In this document: piece after piece, positions 46,405 through 55,075 of the stretch | How positions within the stretch are numbered: position 1 is the stretch's first letter | Layout of the letters: each line of letters starts with the position of its first letter | DNA from: a virus | Virus record (IMG/VR): IMGVR_UViG_3300046674_000373 | Span: 32,166 to 96,165 of that record | DNA: 64,000 nt | Direction: 5' to 3' (one strand) | Made by a program: the position numbers and the translations under genes | The notes under the pieces: generated by a model | What the model was told of the DNA's origin: nothing | What the model saw: only the letters and a program-made list of their open reading frames with translations | The model's database searches: none

Positions 46405-47539
46405 GGGCAGCCTTCAGCCAGGAGGCGAACGCTGGATCATCGCCGGGCGCGGCGGCGTCGCCAACGACCACCCAGCGCCCGCGGCAATGCGGATGAGCCA
46501 GCCCAGCGGGCAGCCACCACATCTCATCCGGCGCGCGCGCCACCAGCACGTCGCCGACGCGCTTCTTGGGCGAGGCCGAGCGGCCGATGTTGGTCTTGCC
46601 GACCCATATCTCGGTCTCGCCGTCCTTGTCCGGCTTACCCGGATCGACGACTGTCGCGATCACGCCGTCGATGCGTTTGCAGAAGTTACAGGCGCTCGCG
46701 TATTGCTCGACGCGCTTGACCTTGGTGCCGAACGGCAGACTGGCGATCAGGCCCATGGTCTGCGCCTCGCCCGCCTCGGTGACCGCGATGCGGCGCCAGT
46801 CGCGGTTCAGGGTGCCGAATTGATCGAGGAGCTTGGTCTGGAGCGACGAGCCCGGCGCGCCGTCGAGCTGCTGCTCCAGGTGCTGCAGCACGGTCCCCTT
46901 CATCCGGTGCCGCACGTCTTCGGAGAGCGCACGCACGTTCTCGGCGCAGCGCACGCGCGCAAATTGCATCACGGCCTGCTCCAGCGGATTGAGGGCGAAC
47001 TGTTGCGCCGCGGCGGTCGCCGTGGACGGCAGCGCGGCCAGTATCAGATCGGCCTGGGCGACGCTGGCTGGCTTTGCCATGTGCGCCTGCACCTTGCCCA
47101 TCATCGCCGCGCGCGTGGACAGCCATTGCGCCTCGGCCACCAGCTCGTCGGCCGGAAGGTAGCGCTGCACCACCAGGTCAACGGCGAGCATGTGGTCGTC
47201 GATGGTCCACTGCGCCGGCGGCAGCGCCTCGAGGTAGATCCGCACCAGCTCGAGCTCGTCGGCCGACCAGCGGGTCATCATGCCCGGGTGCGCGACCGGC
47301 GCCGGCGAGGGCTTGTGCTTGTGGCCCAGCGTCCAGGCGGCGATCTCCTCCTGCACGCTGGCGAGGCGATCGAGGCCGCGCTGCGAGAACAGTTCGATCA
47401 GGCGCCGGATCAGGATCGACTCGTGCGGCAACCAGGCGCTGTCGCCGCCGTCGCCTGTGTGCGCCTTGTAGATGTGCTCAAGGGCGTTATCCGTGGCGCA
47501 GCAGGAGAGATGTTGGATATCGAGGAAGAGGCCGGTCAT
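46394..47539 (-). CDS. head morphogenesis protein (Mu F / SPP1 gp7-like)
   Basis: RDWRRIAVTE, ACNFC, AHPHCRGRW. Confidence 0.75.
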   Translation of the reverse strand: MTGLFLDIQHLSCCATDNALEHIYKAHTGDGGDSAWLPHESILIRRLIELFSQRGLDRLASVQEEIAAWTLGHKHKPSPAPVAHPGMMTRWSADELELVRIYLEALPPAQWTIDDHMLAVDLVVQRYLPADELVAEAQWLSTRAAMMGKVQAHMAKPASVAQADLILAALPSTATAAAQQFALNPLEQAVMQFARVRCAENVRALSEDVRHRMKGTVLQHLEQQLDGAPGSSLQTKLLDQFGTLNRDWRRIAVTEAGEAQTMGLIASLPFGTKVKRVEQYASACNFCKRIDGVIATVVDPGKPDKDGETEIWVGKTNIGRSASPKKRVGDVLVARAPDEMWWLPAGLAHPHCRGRWVVVGDAAAPGDDPAFASWLKAALKS

Positions 47540-47545
47540 GGGACG

Positions 47546-47561
47546 AGGGTAGGGTCACGAC
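47546..47561 (-). promoter_or_regulatory. late promoter motif
   Basis: GTCGTGAC-CC-TACCCT-N6-ATG. Confidence 0.75.
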
Positions 47562-47569
47562 GATAGACA

Positions 47570-47601
47570 GAGGCCCCACCGCATTGCTACGGCAGGGCCT
47601 C
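47570..47601 (-). terminator. strong hairpin closing the RNA moron
   Basis: GAGGCCCTGCCGTAG-CAA-TGCGGTGGGGCCTC on - strand; weak U-tract. Confidence 0.45.
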
Positions 47602-47786
47602 AGATGCTCCTCCCGCACGTGGCGGGCGAGACTGGTTTGCCCCCAGTCCTATCTGGAAAGTGGGGCTGGTTGTTGTGGTGCCAGGCGCAGAGCGTTGGCG
47701 ATCCTGTTGCGCGCCTGCGTTCGTCGTCGGCGCACACCACACGGCTGGCGACTGCGGCGGTCCCTTATACAACCCCGGTCAAACCC

Positions 47787-47864
47787 GGTGGAACAATCGC
47801 CATGCGTGTGGTGCCTGTCTTTCCAGGCTGTCAGGTAGTCGCCAGTCTCTTGAGATATCCCACC
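47787..47864 (-). ncRNA. candidate C4/CI-like antisense RNA
   Basis: Outer stem GGTGGGATA/TGTTCCACC encloses CTGGCGACT, hairpin GCCTG-GAAAGA-CAGGC and CACCACACG; both 9-mers are complementary to sites at 48155-48173 and 47735-47753. Confidence 0.5.
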
Positions 47865-47962
47865 CGCAAGGCCCGTACTGGCTTAGGCTCCCAGCGCTGC
47901 GCCAGCACTCTGGGAAATTGCCGTGGTTTTCACCACGAAGCGCGCAACATTCGTGTCTTCAG

Positions 47963-48124
47963 CTACCGCGCACGCTCACCCGCACGCGGATCATTATTGT
48001 ACAACATCTCCCACCCCAGCTGCCGCCTCACCTCTTCCGGCGACGGCGGCGGCGCAGCGCGCTCCTTCCGCTCGGCCATCCACTGCCTCACCTGCTCTTT
48101 GCTCGGGTGCGTCGTCGACGGCAT
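47963..48124 (-). CDS. 53-aa protein MPSTTHPSKEQVRQWM...
   Basis: SD CAGGAG; amphipathic helices. Confidence 0.65.
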   Translation of the reverse strand: MPSTTHPSKEQVRQWMAERKERAAPPPSPEEVRRQLGWEMLYNNDPRAGERAR

Positions 48125-48471
48125 GGCTGCTCCTGGTGGAACTGCAATCGGGTGCACCACACGACTGGCGACTTACTAGCAGGGAGTGGATGAAGGCTTT
48201 AGGGCTCCCATGAATCTGCCAGCCAGGAAGGATATACCTATGGCCCGCCCCTATACACCGCGTCACTGTGCCGGGAGTAAATCGACAGTCGTGTAGTGGC
48301 TCGTAACGTGAGCCAGTCGGCCGGTGACGCTCTCCGGCTGTGTCGCCGGCCACAACAGCCGGGCACTCGGTAAAACATCGGCGTTCGCATAAAGCAGCGT
48401 ACTTGATGGGAAACGGAGACAAAACACTCTGCCGAGCTAACCGACAGCCGCCGATTACTGCTGAGGTCTGA

Positions 48472-48501
48472 ATTTTACCGCAATAATAAAATTTTGCGCA
48501 A
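48472..48501 (-). promoter_or_regulatory. sigma70-type promoter
   Basis: TTGCGC-N18-TAAAAT in an AT-rich patch. Confidence 0.6.
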
Positions 48502-48704
48502 GTAATTTTGATTTTCCGCAACACCGTGGTCGCTGGCGGTCGATTGGCGCCGACCGCCAGCTCCACTCCACCATACGTTCTACGCCGATGCCGCCCTGGC
48601 GCTGGTGGGCCGTTATCCGACTGCCTACCGCCACTGGTTACCCAGCGCGGACCCCGGCCGGAGCGAGGCATGTGATACCGGCAGCTTAGCCCCTGCCGGA
48701 CCTG

Positions 48705-49037
48705 TTAGGCTCCAGGTGCATTGCGGGCCCGTTTCCCTTGCGTGATGGCTTGCGGCTCGAGTTGCAGCTGCTCGGCGCGCGCCTCTGGCGGGATGCGCAC
48801 CAGGCGACGGCGCCCAGCGTCGTCGGCCACGATCAGCCCATCCTCGCCCTCTTCTTGAACCTTGTAGGTCTGCGGCGCGCGCTTCTTGTGCCCCGCGATG
48901 TGCCCCCACTTGAGCTTGTGGCGCGCGCCTTCCCCGTCCTCGACGTGGCAACCGTGCTTGCCGGTGCACAGTACCCGGCCACTTTTGGGCTCGCCTTTGT
49001 GGTGGAAGAAGACCTCGTCGCCCTTGTTCGCGCTCAC
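48705..49037 (-). CDS. hypothetical protein
   Basis: GTGA-coupled to portal. Confidence 0.6.
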   Translation of the reverse strand: MSANKGDEVFFHHKGEPKSGRVLCTGKHGCHVEDGEGARHKLKWGHIAGHKKRAPQTYKVQEEGEDGLIVADDAGRRRLVRIPPEARAEQLQLEPQAITQGKRARNAPGA

Positions 49038-50752
49038 GGCTCGACCCTGAATACCGGAAGCCCGAAGGCCTTCTGGATTTCCGGCCCGTTGTCGTCTTCG
49101 CCTGGTGCTGCCGGCCCGCCGCCAAACGGCGGCTTCTTCTCGGCCTGGCCGCCCGGCTTGGTGTCGCCATTACCGAACGCCCCCGATCCACCCGGGCCGT
49201 CCTGCGCATCCGGGTCGCCGTAATCCTCGCCGGCCGCCTGCTGCTCGGCCATCCAGGCCTGCATCAGGTTTTGGTTGAGCGGCGCGTCGCCCCAGGCTTC
49301 CTTGATCTCCTCGCGGCCCTGATCCTTGCGCGCCTCGTTCACGGTCAAGATCACCTGGTCCTTGGCCCAGCGCTGCTCCGGCGTCTCATCGTCGATGCCG
49401 GTCCAGCGGAACACGTACTTGTCGCCGAACTCGGCCACGACATAGTCCGAGAACAGGTCCTCGTAGTGCGACAGGAGCGGCCGCAGGCCCTTGTCCTTCG
49501 AATTGATCAGCTTTTCCTCGGTGTCCGAGCCGGACAGCGAGCTGGTGCCGTTGGTGAAGCTCTCGAAATTGATCTCGTCCGGCGCGATACCGTAGATGGC
49601 GCAAATGATCGACGTGAGGAACGTCATCCATTTGGTGAACATCATCTCGTTGACGTCGACGCCGAAATTCTCGAACGCTGCCTTCGACTCCTGGTTCTTC
49701 GAGACCATCACCGGCAGGTTCCAGGCATTGCCGGCGCCCTTGACCATGGCGTTCCAGTACCGGCGGAAGGCCGACAGGTCGTTCGCGTCGTAGTCGCCGG
49801 TCAGGTGCAGCAGACCCTTGGGGATCGCGTTCTTGTCGAAGTAGCTCGTGTTGTAGGTGAAGGCGTTCAGGAAGCCGGTCACCACCTTGATCAGCAGCTC
49901 GGTCTCCGACATGCCGTAGCCGCCGACAAGGATATCGGTGCGCGGGTTGCGCGGCACGTAGATCAGGTCGTCGTAGCCATACGCCGCGCGCACGGAACCA
50001 TCGACCACCTGGACGGCGAAGATCTCGTCGTCGCCGCGGTAGCCGATCTCGTTCACCAGGCGGATCGTGGCGCCGTCGACCGCGTACAGGCCGTCCATGC
50101 CCAGGCTGCGATCACGCTTCCATTCGGTCTCGATCGGCGCGCTGTCCATGATCAGGCTGTCGCGCACCAGCTTGGACATGAAGCCCGAGAAGTTGTCGCG
50201 CTTGAGCCGCGCGCGCTGGCGCGGGTTCTTCTCCCAGCCGCAGTGCGTGAAGAAGTCCTGCAGCAGCGCAATCGACTTCTGCTCGTCCTTCCCCATCTTA
50301 GCGTTCGGGTCTTTGAGCCGGACCTGAAAGCCCGCGCCCTTGCCTCCGTCCGGCACCCGGCAGAACCGCTTAACCTGGCGCTGGCGCGTGAGGATCACGC
50401 TCGAAAGCACCGGCGTCTGGTCAACCATGTTGCGCATCATGTCGAACGACATGCCAGACCAGCGCTCGCGCCACTCTCCCATCGAGTTGCCGTACGAGTC
50501 GTTCACCCAGACCGACTGCATGCCGGGCTCGCGGTCTTTCGCGCGCGGGCTGGGGAAGGGGATCAGCTTTGCACCAGTGAGGGCCTTGTTGAACTCCTGT
50601 TCGTCGGCCTGCCGCTGCATGAACTCCACCAGCGGCATCATGTCCTTGACGGTCTGGGGTAGAGCGGCCTGCTGCGCCTCGGACATGGCGGCGCGGCGCT
50701 CTTCGGCGGGAGCGCCCGAGTCAAACGCAGTGGTGAGCGCGGAGGTAGTCAT
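49034..50752 (-). CDS. portal protein
   Basis: YAVDGATIR, GYGMSETE, IPKGLL, KDKGLRPLL, LTVNEAR. Confidence 0.9.
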   Translation of the reverse strand: MTTSALTTAFDSGAPAEERRAAMSEAQQAALPQTVKDMMPLVEFMQRQADEQEFNKALTGAKLIPFPSPRAKDREPGMQSVWVNDSYGNSMGEWRERWSGMSFDMMRNMVDQTPVLSSVILTRQRQVKRFCRVPDGGKGAGFQVRLKDPNAKMGKDEQKSIALLQDFFTHCGWEKNPRQRARLKRDNFSGFMSKLVRDSLIMDSAPIETEWKRDRSLGMDGLYAVDGATIRLVNEIGYRGDDEIFAVQVVDGSVRAAYGYDDLIYVPRNPRTDILVGGYGMSETELLIKVVTGFLNAFTYNTSYFDKNAIPKGLLHLTGDYDANDLSAFRRYWNAMVKGAGNAWNLPVMVSKNQESKAAFENFGVDVNEMMFTKWMTFLTSIICAIYGIAPDEINFESFTNGTSSLSGSDTEEKLINSKDKGLRPLLSHYEDLFSDYVVAEFGDKYVFRWTGIDDETPEQRWAKDQVILTVNEARKDQGREEIKEAWGDAPLNQNLMQAWMAEQQAAGEDYGDPDAQDGPGGSGAFGNGDTKPGGQAEKKPPFGGGPAAPGEDDNGPEIQKAFGLPVFRVEP

Positions 50753-50758
50753 GACGCG

Positions 50759-50774
50759 ATGGTGGCGTCACGAC
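50759..50774 (-). promoter_or_regulatory. late promoter motif
   Basis: GTCGTGAC-GC-CACCAT-N6-ATG. Confidence 0.75.
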
Positions 50775-50861
50775 GAGTAAGCAACAGACAGCAAAAATAT
50801 TTAGTTCATGCATCAAATTTGATGTATTATTTCAGTAAGGCCACAGAACAAGAGGAAAAGT

Positions 50862-51092
50862 ATGAAGCTGCAACTGGCACCTGGAACCACGCGGGAAGAT
50901 GTTCTCGACAAGATTGAAGAAAGCGTCGTGAATTACATGAAGACGAAGCGCGGGCTCGACGAAGACGGCATGCGCAAGCTGCTCCACGAGGACAAGGAAG
51001 TCTTGGCGAGCTACCTGCGCAAGATTGAGCGACTGGTGCGCGGCTTCATCGAAGACGGCATCCCGCCCGCCTTTTTCGGGAGAAAAGCATGA
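50862..51092 (+). CDS. hypothetical protein
   Basis: SD GAGGA; first gene of accessory island. Confidence 0.65.
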   Translation: MKLQLAPGTTREDVLDKIEESVVNYMKTKRGLDEDGMRKLLHEDKEVLASYLRKIERLVRGFIEDGIPPAFFGRKA

Positions 51093-51484
51093 GCCGCAGG
51101 ACCAGCCGCAGCAATGGGATGGTGTGGACCGTCATCAGCCGCAACGAGCGCAGCACCGTGCACGCCGGTCGGTTCTTCTTCGCGGTGCGCTGCCGCTCGG
51201 GCGCCGACTACAGCATCCACGAGCATGACCAGGACCTCGCGGCCACCGGCTCGGCGAAGGAGCTGCGCGTGTTCACCCTCAAGTACAACGTGTGGGAGCT
51301 GAGCAACGCAGTTCGCGAAATCTGTGGCGAGATCACCGAGCCGGGCTCGTGCGTACAGTGCTTCACCTGCGTCTCTCCGGAAGCTGACCTGTGCGCGTGT
51401 TGCGGGCAGGTCCAGCCGCCGCGCCACCCTTCCACCAGCTTGGACGAGTACCGCGCCGCCATGCAGGCGCGCCACGCCGCCTGA
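51089..51484 (+). CDS. hypothetical Zn-finger protein
   Basis: CVQCFTC..CACC. Confidence 0.55.
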   Translation: MSRRTSRSNGMVWTVISRNERSTVHAGRFFFAVRCRSGADYSIHEHDQDLAATGSAKELRVFTLKYNVWELSNAVREICGEITEPGSCVQCFTCVSPEADLCACCGQVQPPRHPSTSLDEYRAAMQARHAA

Positions 51485-51556
51485 AAAGTTACCGCTGGAT
51501 GTTCCAGCGAGCGCATTGGCCCGGGCGCCGATCGGGCACAAATCGAAGGAGCAATT

Positions 51557-51796
51557 TTGGAAGCAATTGATACCCGCGTGAAGAAAGTCATCGCCGAGCA
51601 GCTCGGCGTGGCCCAGGCCGACCTGAAGCCGGATGACAAGTTCATCGAAGACCTCGGCGCCGACTCGCTGGACGAGATGGAGCTCATCATGGCGCTGGAG
51701 GATGAGTTCGATCTCATGATCGACGACACGGACGTCGAGACGATCAAAACCGTGCAGCAGGCCGTCGACTTCATCACCAGCAAGGTGCCGGCATGA
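51557..51796 (+). CDS. acpP: acyl carrier protein
   Basis: RVKKVIAEQLGV..FIEDLGADSLD..ELIMALEDEF..TVQQAVDFI; SD AAGGAG, TTG start. Confidence 0.9.
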   Translation: MEAIDTRVKKVIAEQLGVAQADLKPDDKFIEDLGADSLDEMELIMALEDEFDLMIDDTDVETIKTVQQAVDFITSKVPA

Positions 51797-52020
51797 ACGG
51801 CCGCAAGTCCAAAGCCTTCCGACGCGCAGTGCGCAACATCGGCAAGCATCCGCGCGAGATCAAGACCAAGCCGGCCAAGCCGACCTTTATCCCACCGATG
51901 ATGCCCGGCAAGCCCGGCGCCACCTTCCTCGGCGAGCGCCACCTGGTGCTCAGCTGCGGTCGCGCCGTATACCGCACGCTGAAGAAGGCCGATCGCAAGG
52001 GCCTGATCCAGGGCGCCTGA
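51793..52020 (+). CDS. basic hypothetical protein
   Basis: ATGA-coupled to ACP. Confidence 0.6.
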   Translation: MNGRKSKAFRRAVRNIGKHPREIKTKPAKPTFIPPMMPGKPGATFLGERHLVLSCGRAVYRTLKKADRKGLIQGA

Positions 52021-52067
52021 TCAACCACGATGCGCCCGGCGCGAGCTGGGCGCGGTGAAAGGAAGGT

Positions 52068-52187
52068 ATGAAAGACGTTGCAAAATGGCTGGCAATTTTG
52101 GCCTGCATCGGCGGGGCCATTTATCTGATGGCTAATGGCAAAGACGGTTGGGGATGGCTGCTGTTCGTGGCCGTCTTGCTGGCATGA
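52068..52187 (+). CDS. 39-aa membrane peptide
   Basis: MKDVAKWLAILACIGGAIYLMANGKDGWGWLLFVAVLLA; SD GGAAGG; below ORF-track cutoff. Confidence 0.55.
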   Translation: MKDVAKWLAILACIGGAIYLMANGKDGWGWLLFVAVLLA

Positions 52188-52972
52188 CCGCCCTCGACCT
52201 CACCAGCCTCAAGGAGCTGGCGCAGGCGGCGACGCCGGGGCCGTGGGAACCGGTTCAGTTCGACGACCTGTACGTGGTAGGCAATAACAAACCCGCGGGC
52301 GAAGGTCGGTATTGCGTGGCCGCGAACATCCGCAGTGCTGCTGACGCGGCGCTGATTGCCGCCGCCAACCCCGCCGTCGTGCTGGAGCTGATCGCGCGGC
52401 TGGAGCGGGCGGAGGAGATGCTCGCCGCCAGCAGCCCATCGAACCGCCATGGCGAGCTGTCGATCGTGATGAGCATGCGCCAGAGAGACACTCTGTTTTC
52501 CGCAGGTCGGCACCTCTCGCCCGAGCAAATCAGGAGTTTCGCCGGCGGCGCGACCAACCACGTCAGCCTGGAGGCCAGTCGGGTGTACCAGGACCTGCAG
52601 GACCACATCTCCGGCTCCATGCCCAACGACCCGCTCGACGACGTGCTGCCGCTGCCGGCGGACACCACGCGCGAGAAGATGCATGCGGCGCTGGCAGAGC
52701 GCATCACCAGCACGCCGGAGGCGCACCGGTTTGCCGAAAGCATGGCAAAGCAGATGAAACAGGGCATGGACGGCGAGTTCATCGCGCCAGCACCGTTGCG
52801 ACTCCCGTCAGTTTCTTTGCCGCTGCCCAAGGTCCTGCCCGACAACCTGCCCGCGTCGCTGGACCTGAACGACAACGATGGCGAGCAACTGTGCGGCCAG
52901 TGCAAAGGCACGGGGAAGGTCGGCGGTCGTCTGCCATGCCCAGCGTGCGGTGGCTCGGGGAAGCAGCCATGA
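52184..52972 (+). CDS. Ead/Ea22-like protein with C-terminal CxxCxGxG Zn finger
   Basis: LKELAQAATPGPW..DAALIAAANPAVVLELI; CGQCKGTG..CPACGGSG. Confidence 0.7.
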   Translation: MTALDLTSLKELAQAATPGPWEPVQFDDLYVVGNNKPAGEGRYCVAANIRSAADAALIAAANPAVVLELIARLERAEEMLAASSPSNRHGELSIVMSMRQRDTLFSAGRHLSPEQIRSFAGGATNHVSLEASRVYQDLQDHISGSMPNDPLDDVLPLPADTTREKMHAALAERITSTPEAHRFAESMAKQMKQGMDGEFIAPAPLRLPSVSLPLPKVLPDNLPASLDLNDNDGEQLCGQCKGTGKVGGRLPCPACGGSGKQP

Positions 52973-53211
52973 CGGACCGCGTCTATGGCTGCCACAACCG
53001 GCCGCGGCCGACGGCGGGCAGCAGCTACCTGGCGCAAAGCGGGTACGACCCGACCGTCAACGAGGGCTGGGGCTGGTTCTCGCGCCAGCCGCGCTACGTC
53101 GAGATCAAACACACCATGTCCACCGACTGCCGCTACGACGCCAGCGCGACCGACCGCGGCTGCGCCGAGTGCGTGCACCAGAAGACGAACCAAAGCGCCG
53201 CCGGCGCATGA
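52969..53211 (+). CDS. hypothetical protein
   Basis: YGCHNR..DCRYD..GCAEC; coupled. Confidence 0.6.
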   Translation: MTDRVYGCHNRPRPTAGSSYLAQSGYDPTVNEGWGWFSRQPRYVEIKHTMSTDCRYDASATDRGCAECVHQKTNQSAAGA

Positions 53212-53223
53212 ACAGGGAGGAGT

Positions 53224-54048
53224 ATGCAACCCAACGAAAAAGACCTGCTGAAAGCCGAAGCCGCAAAGTTCTTCACGCGGCCGTTCAACCTGGAGCACGC
53301 CAAGGCGGGGGCGCCGTATGCCTGCCGGAATGGCAAGTCAGCCGAGATCCTGAAGTGGGGTGCCAAGAACCCCGAGTTCCCGCTTGCTGGAATCTATGAC
53401 GCCGGCTGGGTTGAACAGCCCAACAATTGGACCTCCGAAGGGAGTGCAAGCATCACCCGGGAACCGCGGGACGCCGACCTCGTCATGACCCCGCTCGGCT
53501 ACATCGACGGCAAGCCGGTGTTCATGGGTAACACCATCATCGGTGAAAACGGCAATCTGTGCGAGGTAGTCAATCCCGACTTCCCTCGCTGGGATAAATG
53601 CCGCTGGCCCGAGCCGGAGAAGCAGTACCCGGTGACTGGGATGACGGGTGATGAACTAGTCCAATCCGCGGCGGAACGTCTCGGTGTCGTTGGTGCCAAA
53701 GTCGAAGTGAACTTCGGCAACTACTCTATGCGGCGCGACCTGCGCACCGACGACGACATTATTGTTGCCATCGCCAACGCCGCCCTACGCGACGCGGTAG
53801 ACAATGAGCAGGTGGTTCCGATGGCCGAGGTCCTGCAGCTGGCTCGCGAACTGCGCAAGAATGAGTTCGACCAGGTGTGCGCCGACCGCGACGCCCGCGA
53901 CATGGCGATCGCCGAGGCGGTGCTTGTCCACGTACGTGGCTGGATCGCAAGACCGGACAACGTGTCGAAAAATGGCGCCAGGATCATTCACGAACTGCTC
54001 GGCCCAGACCTCGACCTGGCCGCCATTGTCTCGAAGGTGCAGCCGTGA
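53224..54048 (+). CDS. hypothetical protein
   Basis: SD GGAGGAG; PFNLEHAKAGAP. Confidence 0.65.
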   Translation: MQPNEKDLLKAEAAKFFTRPFNLEHAKAGAPYACRNGKSAEILKWGAKNPEFPLAGIYDAGWVEQPNNWTSEGSASITREPRDADLVMTPLGYIDGKPVFMGNTIIGENGNLCEVVNPDFPRWDKCRWPEPEKQYPVTGMTGDELVQSAAERLGVVGAKVEVNFGNYSMRRDLRTDDDIIVAIANAALRDAVDNEQVVPMAEVLQLARELRKNEFDQVCADRDARDMAIAEAVLVHVRGWIARPDNVSKNGARIIHELLGPDLDLAAIVSKVQP

Positions 54049-54380
54049 GCCGCCAGACCTGCTGCAATCAGAACTGCGGCCAGGGCGACGAGTGCCCGCT
54101 GCGCCAGCCGCGCGACTTGACCGAGGGCGAGCGCCGGCTGTTATGGTTTGCCGGCGTTGCGTGGGTGGTCCTGTTCGCGCTGGCGCTGGCCGGGTGCGAG
54201 CGCGAAGAGGTTGTCATGTCGCGACGGGTGTCCAGTGCGACCACGCACTACTACGCCGACCCGGAAACGGGTTGTCAGTATTACGCCGAGATTTCGGGCG
54301 CCGGCGACTTTGTCCCGCGCACCCCGCGCATCGCCGCCGACGGCAAGACGCACATGGGGTGCCAGGGAGGCGGGAAGTGA
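54045..54380 (+). CDS. hypothetical (possible lipoprotein)
   Basis: TM ending LAGC; DPETGCQY. Confidence 0.55.
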   Translation: MSRQTCCNQNCGQGDECPLRQPRDLTEGERRLLWFAGVAWVVLFALALAGCEREEVVMSRRVSSATTHYYADPETGCQYYAEISGAGDFVPRTPRIAADGKTHMGCQGGGK

Positions 54381-54700
54381 GCGAGCTGACCACCGATCGC
54401 GAGCTGCTGGCGCTGGCAGCCAAGGCTGCCGGCAAAAGCCGAGGCGAATGGGACTACGACTGGCTGCGTGACCAGGGTCACGAGATTGCGCGCGACATGC
54501 TGTGGAACCCGCTCCAGAATAGCGGGCAAGCGCTCGAGCTGGCGGTACTCCTGCGGATACAAGTTGAACCGAGCTCGCGGTACGCTTACGCCATTCCGCC
54601 CGACGGTACCGTTATCGGGGCCGATGCAGACGACGACCTCGCCGCCACCCGCCTCGCCATCGTGCGCGCCGCCGCCGAGATCGGGAGGTCCATACCGTGA
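54377..54700 (+). CDS. hypothetical protein
   Basis: TDRELLALAAKAAG..WNPL..TRLAIVRAAAEIG. Confidence 0.65.
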   Translation: MSELTTDRELLALAAKAAGKSRGEWDYDWLRDQGHEIARDMLWNPLQNSGQALELAVLLRIQVEPSSRYAYAIPPDGTVIGADADDDLAATRLAIVRAAAEIGRSIP

Positions 54701-54904
54701 CCGCCAAAGCCGCCCCGGACCCGGCCACCCTAACGGTAGCCCTCCACACCGGCCCCTGCCGTCGCCTCCGCAGCGAGATCGTCACCGTGGACCGGCGCCA
54801 GCGAAAGCGGGGCCCGGGCGGCCAATTCCAACCGAAATCCGATTCAAAAAAGTAGCTGAAATTAAACCTGTTCTGCTGTACGTCACCCCAAAATGGAGCG
54901 AACC

Positions 54905-55075
54905 ATGAACAATCTTGTCAGCAAACTGTTTTTCGGCGCCGGCCTGCTCGCGTACCTGGCCTTCTTCGCCGACCGGGCCCAGGCCTTCGGTATCCACGAC
55001 TACAGCACGGACGTGATGGTGTTGCCGCTTCTGGGCCTGCTCGGCCACTTCGCGTTCGAGCGGAAGACGGCCTAA
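54905..55075 (+). CDS. small 2-TM membrane protein
   Basis: SD GGAG; hydrophobic. Confidence 0.45.
   Translation: MNNLVSKLFFGAGLLAYLAFFADRAQAFGIHDYSTDVMVLPLLGLLGHFAFERKTA

Noticed and set aside
47587-47772. 61-aa ORF overlapping antisense site 2 as an icd/kil analogue
   Set aside because: TTG start with weak SD and sequence dominated by RNA stems; not supportable as a CDS
45538-51796. AraC and ACP as evidence of a host-chromosome junction
   Set aside because: Both are flanked on each side by phage genes, and ACP lacks fabG/fabF neighbours
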